Virus record (IMG/VR): IMGVR_UViG_3300045118_000377
Coordinates: 31,491 to 95,490 of that record
Reading direction: 5' to 3' (one strand)
DNA: 64,000 nucleotides
Source of the DNA: a virus
Made by a program: the position numbers and the translations under genes
Part shown: one piece after another, positions 55,740 to 64,000 of the stretch
Position numbering within the stretch: position 1 is the first letter of the stretch
How the letters are laid out: every line of letters starts with the position of its first letter
The notes under the pieces: generated by a model
What the model saw: only the letters and a program-made list of their open reading frames with translations
What the model was told of the DNA's origin: nothing
Database searches by the model: none

Positions 55740-57196
55740 CGCCGTCTCCCACCAGGTCGATCCTGGATGTCGGAGGTGTACTTCTTGTCCTTGATGCGGC
55801 CCATCTCCCGCTCCTCCTCTAGCGCGGCTTGCTCCTCCTCGGCTTTGAACAGTGCCCGAATCTGCTTGGAGCTTTCGAAGATCCGATTGAGGATGATGTA
55901 CTTCGCGAGGTCGACGTCCAGCAGGAAACCCGGCAACTTGATCTCTCTCGCCCCTGCTATGACCACAGCTAGCTGCACGAGGTTGTCCTTCTCGATCTTG
56001 ATGATGCGCGCAGCGAGGTCGCATTCCTGCCCAAAGGCGTCGCTGTAGGCGAGCTCGGCAAGATTGCCACCACGACTCTCCTCGCCCTTGCGGTTGGCCT
56101 GGGTCGTGATGACGACCGGGATCTTGTACTGCTGAGCTGACTTCTTCAGACTGCGCACGACGGTGATCATGTCGCGCACCCAGTCCTTCTCTTCGGTCTG
56201 CATGCGGTAGGCAGCGTCCAGGAACACGATGTCGGGCTCGAACTCTTCGATCTTGGCCCTGAAGGCTGCGATCTCCTGCTCGGTCTTGCCGCCCCAACCG
56301 GTAGTGATGAGAAGCGAGCTGTTCTGTCCGGACTTGGCCAGATCTCTCTCGTTGTCCTCCAACTCGTCCACGAGCTCGAAGAATGCTCGCTCCTGCGGCT
56401 CCGATAGCTGACCATTCCTGAACGCCAGGTAGTCCACCCCCAGCATTCTGGCAACCGCGCGAGTGCGGATCTGAGCCGGTGCCATCTCCTTGCTGAAACA
56501 CAGGCACCGGCAGTGCTGGTGGACGTAGCACTCGACAAGCATGTCCACCAGCAGCCAGGTCTTCATCGACTTCGGACGGCCGTAGATGATGATCAGCTCG
56601 CCCTTTTGCATGCCGCGGGTCTGTTCGTTCAGTGGGTGGTCTTGACGCCCGGTCTTCTTCGTGATCTTGGGACGACCCTTCTCATCGTGCCGTCCCCAGC
56701 CCATGGGATAGGGGATGCCGAGGTAGCCGCCCTCGTTCTTGGCCAGCTCGTACTCGCGCTTGACCTCCTCCATGGTCGAGGCCAGCGCGATGTCATCGGA
56801 GACGGACGCTGTGATCTGCAGACCCTTGATCTCCTTGTGCAGGCGATCGAGAGCGTCTTGCGGGTCCTTGTCGATGAGGTCCGGTAGATCTTCTTGGAGG
56901 CGCGTGAGCTGCCTCCGCATGTAGTCCTCCCTGACCTCGATGCAGAGGCTCTTGAGCGACATGCGCTTGGACGGGGAGGGAAAGTCCCACGAGGGGAACT
57001 TTCTGTTCATGCTGTCCCAGTCAGGAACGGTGTTGCGCGTGTCCCGGCTCTGGTACTTGTTCAGGATGAACTTGAATGCCTCGCGTGCTTCCACGTTGCC
57101 GAAGATGTCGACCGTGATGTTCTCAGAGAGCGGGGTCTTCATGTCCCCCGTCTCCACGATCATCGATATCAGCTGGAGTTCGGGGTTCGCTGGCAT
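55736..57196 (-). CDS. dnaB: DnaB-like replicative helicase
   Basis: GMQKGELIIIYGRPKSMKT, FSKEM, IVFLD, TTQANR, YSDAFGQECD. Confidence 0.9.
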   Translation of the reverse strand: MPANPELQLISMIVETGDMKTPLSENITVDIFGNVEAREAFKFILNKYQSRDTRNTVPDWDSMNRKFPSWDFPSPSKRMSLKSLCIEVREDYMRRQLTRLQEDLPDLIDKDPQDALDRLHKEIKGLQITASVSDDIALASTMEEVKREYELAKNEGGYLGIPYPMGWGRHDEKGRPKITKKTGRQDHPLNEQTRGMQKGELIIIYGRPKSMKTWLLVDMLVECYVHQHCRCLCFSKEMAPAQIRTRAVARMLGVDYLAFRNGQLSEPQERAFFELVDELEDNERDLAKSGQNSSLLITTGWGGKTEQEIAAFRAKIEEFEPDIVFLDAAYRMQTEEKDWVRDMITVVRSLKKSAQQYKIPVVITTQANRKGEESRGGNLAELAYSDAFGQECDLAARIIKIEKDNLVQLAVVIAGAREIKLPGFLLDVDLAKYIILNRIFESSKQIRALFKAEEEQAALEEEREMGRIKDKKYTSDIQDRPGGRRR

Positions 57197-57547
57197 CTAT
57201 GCCTCCCGGATGTGGACAATGTGCCCCTTGTTGTAGAGGAACTCCTTCGGTATGTTGCGGTTGCCGTGGCTATCCTCTACCAGCACCTCGACCCCGATGT
57301 GGTAGCGGTCGGCCCAAAGCAACTTCCCGGACAGGCCACCTCTTGACTGCTGGGGATCGGTGCTGAAGATGATCTCCTTGCCGAGGAGCTTCACGATCTT
57401 CGAGTGCCAGTTGTCCTGTGCGAACAGCACGTCCTTGAGACTGGCCACGGTCGACCTCAGCTCCTTCACGGTCTGCTGAAGGGTTTTGAAGTCCGTCCAC
57501 AGCTGCGTCAAAGACGACGGTTGCGTGGGTTTGGTGTCCTTCCCCAT
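57197..57547 (-). CDS. Hfq/LSm-like protein with N-terminal coiled coil
   Basis: LLGKEI...LSGKLLWADRYHIGV (Sm1) and FLYNKGHIVHI (Sm2, compare Hfq MVYKHAISTV). Confidence 0.6.
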   Translation of the reverse strand: MGKDTKPTQPSSLTQLWTDFKTLQQTVKELRSTVASLKDVLFAQDNWHSKIVKLLGKEIIFSTDPQQSRGGLSGKLLWADRYHIGVEVLVEDSHGNRNIPKEFLYNKGHIVHIREA

Positions 57548-57556
57548 GAGTCCCAC

Positions 57557-58669
57557 TTACGCGGCCTGCGCGAGATAGGTCCCGGCGTACTCCTCGAGGG
57601 CAGCCCGGCGCTCCATGTCCCGCACGTTCTGGGCGGCGCGCGTGATGGCCTGCCACACGCCGTAGCGGGTGGGGATCGGCTCGGCCTTGAACGCCTCCTT
57701 GACCTCCTCCTGGAAGGTCTTCGTGGCCTCCATCTTGGTGAGGAACTTCACGATCTCGTCGTTGACAGCCTCCTCGCCGCCGAGCGTCTGCTCCTGGAGG
57801 ACGGTCATGCGCTTGCGGTTGTTCTCGTACTGGGAGGGGAGGGAACGGAAGGTGTCGTCGAGCAGGCTGTCGATCCCCATCTCGTCGATGGAGCGGTGGA
57901 CGCGGTAGAGCATCCGGCCGCCCTTGACCGTCACGATCGCGCCGTTGAGGCAGACCAGACGGAAGGTGAAGCCGTCGATGATCAGGGCCGTGTAGCCGAC
58001 CTCCGAGTTCCGCATGTGGAAGCCCTGGTAGACCCAGTCGCCATCGGGCAGCTTGCCCTCACGCTCGGCCAGGTCGTAGATGGCCTTGGTCTCGGGGCGC
58101 TTGCGATCGAGCGGACCCATGTTGATGGGCTCGCCGACGACCGTGAAGTGACTGGCGCGGTCGTTGTAGAAGTCGGTCCCGAGGTGGTTGCGCATGAAGC
58201 CGAGCTCGTCCACCTGGTTGCGGAAGCGCTTCGCCAGGCGGTCGAACACGCGGACGTTGTCGATGGGGGAGTAGGTCGGGGAGAGGAAGCCGCGAAGGTA
58301 GCCATCAGCTCCCTTCACACCGGGGTCACCGGGCTTGAAGCGCCGGGCGCGGATGAGACGGGCCTCCTTCGTGCGGGAGAACCGCCTCTGCAGCTCCTCC
58401 TGCATCTCGGCCGGCTGGACGATCTTGGGGTCGAACCACTTGTCCCACTTCACGCCCAGCATGCTGCCGAGCTGGCCGCGGGACCAGTCGGTCATGTTGA
58501 GCACGCCGACGTTGGGCACCTCGATGTTGAGACCCGGCATGATGCGAAGCTTGTCCAGCTCCACCACCTGGTCCCTGAAGTTCAGGTCGTGCAGCTTGTG
58601 GACCTCGTCGCACACGCTGTCAAACTTGATCACCTTCTTCCGATCCATCAGCAAGCCCATGGGGTTCAC
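57557..58669 (-). CDS. DUF932-like protein
   Basis: LRGFLSPTYSPIDN, RNSEVG, RLVCLNG, H, YGVWQAITRAA. Confidence 0.7.
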   Translation of the reverse strand: MNPMGLLMDRKKVIKFDSVCDEVHKLHDLNFRDQVVELDKLRIMPGLNIEVPNVGVLNMTDWSRGQLGSMLGVKWDKWFDPKIVQPAEMQEELQRRFSRTKEARLIRARRFKPGDPGVKGADGYLRGFLSPTYSPIDNVRVFDRLAKRFRNQVDELGFMRNHLGTDFYNDRASHFTVVGEPINMGPLDRKRPETKAIYDLAEREGKLPDGDWVYQGFHMRNSEVGYTALIIDGFTFRLVCLNGAIVTVKGGRMLYRVHRSIDEMGIDSLLDDTFRSLPSQYENNRKRMTVLQEQTLGGEEAVNDEIVKFLTKMEATKTFQEEVKEAFKAEPIPTRYGVWQAITRAAQNVRDMERRAALEEYAGTYLAQAA

Positions 58670-58937
58670 GTGGTGCTCCTTTCTCTTCTGCCGTGGGTGA
58701 GTCGGGAAACAGGATGGCGAGCGCGTCGGACTCCAACGACTCGATCAGCCTGTCCATAAGATCTCGGGTCAGCCGACTCTCGAACCCGAGCTCTGGCGCG
58801 ATGGTCCCGTAGGGACGCCCGGTCTTCCGGTTGACGTACCCGAACCGGGCGGTACGGACTCCCTTCACCTTGTCGATCACCAGCTCGATGAGGACAAGGC
58901 TGTCGAAGATCGGTTTTCCGATAGCGGTCTGCATCAC
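58620..58937 (-). CDS. Hypothetical protein
   Basis: Coupled to the upstream stop; codon bias. Confidence 0.55.
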   Translation of the reverse strand: MMQTAIGKPIFDSLVLIELVIDKVKGVRTARFGYVNRKTGRPYGTIAPELGFESRLTRDLMDRLIESLESDALAILFPDSPTAEEKGAPREPHGLADGSEEGDQV

Positions 58938-59284
58938 TTCTTCTCCAACCAGTCGACGAACCGGTCAAGGTCGCCCTGGATTGCCTTGTGGTCCTTCCAC
59001 GCGAACTCGTGCGCCATGCTGGCCGCGTAGTTGTTGGCTCGCTGCATCACGTTCTCGTTGCGTGCGCAGGGGATCGTGACCGTGCAGGTGGTCTCGACAG
59101 ACATGCCGGACTCCCTGTTGCTCTCCCACCTCTTGATGCCGTGAGTCACTTGAACCTGCGCCGGGCCGTCCTCGATGTCCGTGGTGATGTCCCTTGTGCG
59201 GGCCTCCTCGTTGACCTTCTTGCCGTCCTTGCTGGCGATCGTGTGCGTATGAGCTGTCGCTCCGCGTTTTGGGATCTGCCTCAT
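58934..59284 (-). CDS. Hypothetical protein
   Basis: TGATG coupling; codon bias. Confidence 0.6.
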   Translation of the reverse strand: MRQIPKRGATAHTHTIASKDGKKVNEEARTRDITTDIEDGPAQVQVTHGIKRWESNRESGMSVETTCTVTIPCARNENVMQRANNYAASMAHEFAWKDHKAIQGDLDRFVDWLEKK

Positions 59285-59769
59285 CAGAAGTTCATCTCCT
59301 TGGGCGAGCCGGGCATGAGCGAGATCGTGGGCTCGTCCTCATGGAAGGCCTGCCGCGCGATGTCGGCGTCGATCTCCCCCTGCCTGAGCAGCTGCTCGAG
59401 CTTGGAGACGTCGACCTCGTAGACGGTCTTGGCCGTGAGGAACAGCTCCTGCTTGTCGCGCGGCACGCTGTTGGCCAGGATGTGGCCGTCCCACCACTCC
59501 CGGCGTCTCTTCATGGCCCCGAACTCCCCGACCACGAGTCGGTTCTGCTCGGAGTCCCTCAGCTGCGACTTCAGGGCGTGGACGGCCTCCCTGATGCAGG
59601 CGTTGTAGTCGTCGATGAGCCGGCGGAGCTCCTGGACGTAGTCGTCGTTCTCGTCCATGAACTCTCGAAGAGCGGTCTTGGCGAGGCCGAACTTCGCGAC
59701 GGCCCTCTGCGTGGGGCTCTCCTCCGCTACGTCTCGTCTCGCTCTTCTTGGTGCTGCTCTTCCTGGCAT
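59284..59769 (-). CDS. Hypothetical protein (Gam/Gp157-like architecture)
   Basis: GGAGG RBS before ATG59769; coiled coil then YEVDVSKLEQLL. Confidence 0.5.
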   Translation of the reverse strand: MPGRAAPRRARRDVAEESPTQRAVAKFGLAKTALREFMDENDDYVQELRRLIDDYNACIREAVHALKSQLRDSEQNRLVVGEFGAMKRRREWWDGHILANSVPRDKQELFLTAKTVYEVDVSKLEQLLRQGEIDADIARQAFHEDEPTISLMPGSPKEMNF

Positions 59770-60506
59770 AGCTGTTCCTCCTTCTCCTCCAGGGTCTCGG
59801 TGTTGATGAACAGTCCCAGCCGGTCGAACCCGCGGTCGAGTGGCTTCTCCCCGTAGTAGATGTAGCGAAGTTGATCCACGTAGTAGATCGCTCGCCGCCA
59901 ATCAACGAGGGCCTGATGCCAAACCCCACCGTAGGTCTTGTCTCCGCTGCGCGCCAGGAAGGCTGGGTGGTACATGGTCATGACGGGGTAACGGATCGGA
60001 ACGACGAGGCCAGGAAGCTCACAGTCTGTGATCTTCCCGTGCTCCTTGTACATCTGGATGCCTCGCTGCTTCGAGAGCTCCGCCACGGCCGGTTTTCCTA
60101 GCGCGACGATCAGCATTGGATCCACGATGTAGAGCGTAGAGAGCCACAGTTCCTGGCAAGAAGCGCGCTCAATGGGCGCTGGGTCTCTGTTGTCGATCTT
60201 CTTCCTCTTCGTCACCGGGTCCAAGACCTCGGCCGTTGGTCGGCACGCCACGATGTTCAGAAGGAAGAGATCGCCTCGGCTGTACTTGTTCTTCGCCAAG
60301 AACTCATCGAGGATGTCACCGCTAGGACCCCAGAAGGGGTTGCCGGTCTTGTCCTCTTCCTCTCCCGGGCCGATGCCGATCACCAGGATGTCAGCGTCAG
60401 GGTTGCCTTGGCCGAAGACGATGTTGCGGCGCTTCTCGTGAAGTGGACAGCGCTTGCATCCGATCCAACGCTTGAACAGCTCCTTCAGCCTTGCTTCCTT
60501 GTCCAT
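59727..60506 (-). CDS. Uracil-DNA glycosylase family 4
   Basis: CKRCPL, VFGQG, GIGPGEEED..G.PF.G.SG, NIVACRP, NRDP, YHPAFL. Confidence 0.9.
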   Translation of the reverse strand: MDKEARLKELFKRWIGCKRCPLHEKRRNIVFGQGNPDADILVIGIGPGEEEDKTGNPFWGPSGDILDEFLAKNKYSRGDLFLLNIVACRPTAEVLDPVTKRKKIDNRDPAPIERASCQELWLSTLYIVDPMLIVALGKPAVAELSKQRGIQMYKEHGKITDCELPGLVVPIRYPVMTMYHPAFLARSGDKTYGGVWHQALVDWRRAIYYVDQLRYIYYGEKPLDRGFDRLGLFINTETLEEKEEQLCQEEQHQEERDET

Positions 60507-62803
60507 CAGACACCCCTCGGCTTGAGTGTCGTGTAGTCGTAGGGTCCTCCTTCATCGGTTGGCCATCGACGCATCTGCAGGCGCAGCTTGTTGCACATCT
60601 TGTGGAACTGCTTGATGTAGAGGTCGTCGAAGATCACAACGAGGGGCTGCTTCATTCCCTCTCGGAAACGGTAGCCCTGGATGCGCCCCATACCCTGCTG
60701 GAGCGCATTCTTCCCGCCGTCCGGGTGGTTGCTGCCGAATGGGGTCAGCCAGAAGAGGGTGTCGAGAGAGTCCTCATCGATGGCCTCCATCACCAGCTGG
60801 TGGGTGCCGAAGATGATCTGCTTCTCTCGCAGCGCCCTCCACCGCTCTGCCACCTTCTGGTCGCCCGTGCAGATGCCGCAATCGACGTCCAGATTCTGGA
60901 ACATGGCGTGCAGGAGCTTGAGCTGATCTTTCGAGTGGCTGAGGGCCAGTACCTTCCTGCCAGCCCTGACAGCGTCCAGAAGATCGAGCGCGATGTACTC
61001 GTTGCGGTCGGGCATAGCCCCAACGTAGACGCGCAGCTTGCTGACGTTGGTGTTGCCACTCTTGTCGGTGATGATCTTGACGTAGTCGTCCTCCGGGATG
61101 AAGAACGGCGTCTGCCTGAACCTGATGGTCGGCTTCACAGTCTGCATCAGGTCTTTGTAGAACGGATCGCCGACATGGTAGTTGTAGATCACCTCCGTCC
61201 CATCCTCACGGTGGACGGTCGCACTGAGCCCGTAGCGCTGGCCCGGGAACATCGTGGACGTGATGCAGAAGTAGGGCGCGCTCAGGTGGTGTACCTCATC
61301 CCAGATGACGATCCCGAAGTGCCTCCGCATGGCCGGCGTCACGGCGTCAGGATATCGGGCGAGCGTGTGCAGCATCGCAATCGTGATCGGACGCTCCCAG
61401 TCCCAATCTTCCGGGTCTCCCTGGATCCTGCCTACGCCACCATCGAACTCGAGGAACCGTTGGATGGCCTTCTCCCACTGGTCCAGGATCGTGGTCTGGT
61501 TGACGATGATGAGCGCGTTCAGACCGCGCTTCGCGATGTGGTGCAGGGCCAAAGTTGTTTTTCCCTTACCACAGTTATGGATCACGATCCCATTTGCCAC
61601 GAAGTTGTGGTGAGGTGCTGCGCACACTACATCGTAGACCTTCTCAAACTTCCCGCATTCGATCTTGACAAGTTTTACGGGTGTGGGAACTCCGTAGCCA
61701 AAAGCCTTGTAGCCAGGACGGTGCCGACCAAGGTGGTCTGCTTTGGGACAGACTTCGAGATTGGTTGGATCGTTGTTGTGTATGTCCTCGTCCATGTGGT
61801 GGACATGGAACTTGGACGGGTCTATGAACCGTAGTCCTTCCACATTCCCGTCCATGCAACGTTTGCGGAACTCTTCCAGCGACATGTCATTCAATTCCGC
61901 TTCCGCGGTTGCTCTATGTACCTCGATCACGTAGCAGACGAACTGCTTATGGTATCTCTGTGGACGGGCGTAGGGGTGGCTTTCCCCGATCACGAAGCGC
62001 TTGTACGCACGCTTCTTCTTCCGTACAGAAACCTCACGTTCTCCATCAATGATGATCGAGTCGTTGACAAACAAGTACTGGGTCTGTACCCATCCGCGGG
62101 TCGTGAGGACTTCGTTATCCCTGGTCAACCGGAGAGTCTTGCCATCCTCCAACGTGATCTTAGTGGTGAGCTTCTTGCCGCGGTAGAGGATCTCGAGGAC
62201 TTGTTGAAGACCTATTCTCCCTTCCTGGTTCGAACGGATGAGGGTCGGGATGCTATGGTCCCAGTTGTTCCTGGAGTGGGGGTCCAGACCGTGCGAGCGT
62301 TCGTAGGCTTTCTCGATCGTGGTCTTGAATCCTTTACCTCCTCGATTGAGACACAGCTCGGTGTCACCCGCCACACAGGCGAGGTTGAGGATGCCGTGGT
62401 CGACCGCGGACATGGCCTTGAACGCCTTCCTCTGCGTGTCCTCTTTGGGCTCGAGCTGGTCGAGCACGACGCGGCTTCTGAATGACGTGCGCGGGAAGTC
62501 CTGTGGTGTGAGGTCCACGATCGGGAAGGTCAGCTTCGCGTAGTCTTCGTTCTTGATGTACTCTCGGGGCACGGCAAGATGGCTCCCAGCGTCTTCCCAG
62601 AGCTGCAGGAACTCTTGACCGGCCTCCCCGGCAACAGTGAACTCCAGGGAGGCCTTGACCGCGTGGGAGTTGATGTACTTCTTTGGGAGCCAGAGCTGGG
62701 TGCCGAGATACGCCTTGTCCGGGTCCTTCACGACGAACGCCAGGTCAGGCATGACGGCTCCTGCCGAGATCATATCGGCCGCTGGGGACAGGTGAACATA
62801 CAT
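60506..62803 (-). CDS. Superfamily 2 (UvsW/XPB-like) helicase containing an intein
   Basis: Spliced Walker A LACGKGKT, DEVH, GLSAT, QGMGRI. Confidence 0.9.
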   Translation of the reverse strand: MYVHLSPAADMISAGAVMPDLAFVVKDPDKAYLGTQLWLPKKYINSHAVKASLEFTVAGEAGQEFLQLWEDAGSHLAVPREYIKNEDYAKLTFPIVDLTPQDFPRTSFRSRVVLDQLEPKEDTQRKAFKAMSAVDHGILNLACVAGDTELCLNRGGKGFKTTIEKAYERSHGLDPHSRNNWDHSIPTLIRSNQEGRIGLQQVLEILYRGKKLTTKITLEDGKTLRLTRDNEVLTTRGWVQTQYLFVNDSIIIDGEREVSVRKKKRAYKRFVIGESHPYARPQRYHKQFVCYVIEVHRATAEAELNDMSLEEFRKRCMDGNVEGLRFIDPSKFHVHHMDEDIHNNDPTNLEVCPKADHLGRHRPGYKAFGYGVPTPVKLVKIECGKFEKVYDVVCAAPHHNFVANGIVIHNCGKGKTTLALHHIAKRGLNALIIVNQTTILDQWEKAIQRFLEFDGGVGRIQGDPEDWDWERPITIAMLHTLARYPDAVTPAMRRHFGIVIWDEVHHLSAPYFCITSTMFPGQRYGLSATVHREDGTEVIYNYHVGDPFYKDLMQTVKPTIRFRQTPFFIPEDDYVKIITDKSGNTNVSKLRVYVGAMPDRNEYIALDLLDAVRAGRKVLALSHSKDQLKLLHAMFQNLDVDCGICTGDQKVAERWRALREKQIIFGTHQLVMEAIDEDSLDTLFWLTPFGSNHPDGGKNALQQGMGRIQGYRFREGMKQPLVVIFDDLYIKQFHKMCNKLRLQMRRWPTDEGGPYDYTTLKPRGV
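61574..62377 (-). mobile_element. Intein (268 aa) with HNH endonuclease, inserted in the helicase P-loop
   Basis: Starts CVAGDT, ends HNFVANGIVIHN followed by Cys+1; internal HVHHMDEDIHNNDPTNLEV...H. Confidence 0.92.
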
Positions 62804-62838
62804 ACACTGTACATCCGTTCCGTGTCCAGTGAAATCGA

Positions 62839-63186
62839 CTAGAACCTGAAACGACAGAAGAACTGGTAGCCCTCGTAGAGCGCGCCGCGGCAGGCACCGG
62901 TCGCGCAGTCCTTGCAGAACCGCGTGAACGGCGTCTCTCCCTCCCTGACCTCGCCGGCCTTGCCTGCTTTGAGCACCTCCACCTTCTCCTCATCACGATC
63001 TCTGTCTCTAACAGAGATCCTCGACCCTCCGTAACGCTTGTCTCGGATGGTGTCCGAGCATTCGTCGTAGTCGGCGCAGCGCTGACATTCGGGATCGGTT
63101 GACCTGTAGTAGGCCTCTCGACCGAAGCAGTCTTTGTGCTCCTCCGCGTGTCTTCTTGGAAAACGATCCTGGTATCTCAAAGGCAT
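62839..63186 (-). CDS. Cys-rich hypothetical protein, first gene of the replication operon
   Basis: AGGAGG RBS before ATG63186; CFG...CQRC...C. Confidence 0.6.
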   Translation of the reverse strand: MPLRYQDRFPRRHAEEHKDCFGREAYYRSTDPECQRCADYDECSDTIRDKRYGGSRISVRDRDRDEEKVEVLKAGKAGEVREGETPFTRFCKDCATGACRGALYEGYQFFCRFRF

Positions 63187-63226
63187 GGATCCTCCTGGGC
63201 AGCTAGTTTCGTGCCTAGACAAGAGG

Positions 63227-63256
63227 CTTATAGCGACAAATCCCCACTCTTTGCAA
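63227..63256 (-). promoter_or_regulatory. Promoter of the leftward replication operon
   Basis: TTGCAA-N18-TATAAG. Confidence 0.6.
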
Positions 63257-63271
63257 TCTGTACTGGTTCAC

Positions 63272-63301
63272 TTGACACAGACGTGCTCCTGCCATTACTA
63301 T
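63272..63301 (+). promoter_or_regulatory. Sigma70-like promoter
   Basis: TTGACA-N18-TACTAT upstream of ATG63331. Confidence 0.6.
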
Positions 63302-63330
63302 CGGATATCACATAGTTTTATGGTGTAACA

Positions 63331-63903
63331 ATGGAGATCAATACATCAACTCGAAAGATACCATCCAAGGTGTGTACGAAGTGCGGGGTGAGGAAGGCTC
63401 TCACACGTTTCTATCACAGCAAGATCAGTCAGGACGGCCGCGAGAAAGTGTGCAAAAAGTGTCGTGATGGGCAGCCTAAGAAATTGAAGCCCGAATCATT
63501 GCAGAAGATCAAACAGTACAAACGCGCGTACTATCAGGCGCACAAGGAGGAGTACAAAACTAGATCTAGAGACGGATACCGCGCCAGGAAGAAACGGGAT
63601 GTGGATCGCAAAGAGAGGAGGCGGCAGTCTCTTTTCAAGTACCGCCTGAAGAAGTATGGGCTCACGTTACAGCAGTTCGATGCACTGCAGCTGCAACAGG
63701 CTGGATGTTGTGCGGTGTGTGGTTCTACTCTAGACCACACTTGCCACGTGGATCATGATCATTCCACTGGTCGTGTTAGGGGTCTTCTCTGCTGCCATTG
63801 TAACCACGGCTTGGGAGAGTTCAGGGACGACGTAGATTTGTTGCGGAAAGCGATTCAGTATGTACAGGATGGCTCCTTGACACAGGGCAATACACGTAGG
63901 TAA
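63331..63903 (+). CDS. Endonuclease VII-like HNH homing endonuclease
   Basis: CTKC...CKKC; KYGLT...CAVC...HVDHDHSTGRVRGLLCCHCN; AT-richer than the genome background. Confidence 0.88.
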   Translation: MEINTSTRKIPSKVCTKCGVRKALTRFYHSKISQDGREKVCKKCRDGQPKKLKPESLQKIKQYKRAYYQAHKEEYKTRSRDGYRARKKRDVDRKERRRQSLFKYRLKKYGLTLQQFDALQLQQAGCCAVCGSTLDHTCHVDHDHSTGRVRGLLCCHCNHGLGEFRDDVDLLRKAIQYVQDGSLTQGNTRR

Positions 63904-63906
63904 CAT
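63877..63906 (+). promoter_or_regulatory. Sigma70-like promoter overlapping the endonuclease 3' end
   Basis: TTGACA-N18-TAACAT. Confidence 0.55.
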
Positions 63907-63934
63907 CGATCCTGACTTCAGCATGGGGAAACCA

Positions 63935-64000
63935 ATGATCAATCAGTCGCTTGACTTCTACGACGACCTTGAGGGTCACACGCTCAAGGCCAAGGTCAGT
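63935..64000 (+). CDS. Start of a gene truncated by the window edge (MINQSLDFYDDLEGHTLKAKVS...)
   Basis: Open frame to the end of the window, downstream of a promoter; in-frame ATG also at 63923. Confidence 0.5.
   Translation, partial: MINQSLDFYDDLEGHTLKAKVS

Noticed and set aside
54735-56531. 598 aa primase as given in the ORF track; likewise the extended starts at 1941, 38360, 51507 and 59901
   Set aside because: The extensions overlap neighbouring real genes out of frame; coupled or RBS-supported downstream starts fit better.
1-64000. Stop-codon reassignment
   Set aside because: TAG, TGA and TAA all end genes at tightly coupled junctions, and conserved enzymes are uninterrupted in code 11.
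1-64000. tRNA, rRNA or structured ncRNA genes
   Set aside because: Intergenic gaps are short and none showed a cloverleaf or recognisable RNA motif by eye; a covariance-model search was not run.

Overview
This is a 64 kb fragment of a large, GC-rich tailed phage genome, probably a contractile-tailed (myovirus-like) large or jumbo phage. The host is probably Gram-negative, possibly Myxococcota or another deltaproteobacterium (inference only). Positions 1-43950 (+ strand) are a virion module: tail fibre and tailspike, gp25-like and baseplate-J-like proteins, Ig/PKD proteins, a glycosyltransferase and putative lysis membrane proteins. Positions 44009-63186 (- strand) are an early/replication module: an intein-containing SF2 helicase, UDG, an Hfq-like protein, DnaB, DnaG, SSB, family A polymerase, an EndoVII-RecA fusion, a Cas4-like nuclease and RusA. 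A new + strand unit starts at 63331. The most striking signal is a set of non-structural multi-enzyme polyproteins inside the late region (5668-8319 and 38434-43362). Their unrelated domains (LigD phosphoesterase plus ligase, GNAT, ART-like, pyrophosphatase-like, C39 peptidase, Zn phospholipase C/P1-like, glycolipid synthase, DUF5661-like, glycine zippers) are repeatedly separated by one short motif, K-x-A, whose long form is KxA..A[FL]xDE[LM]xK[IV]A. The core of this motif also occurs alone as a 15-codon mini-ORF. I propose this is a capsid-targeting/proteolytic-release tag for a modular virion-delivered effector system. All family assignments come from motif recognition by eye; no searches were run.
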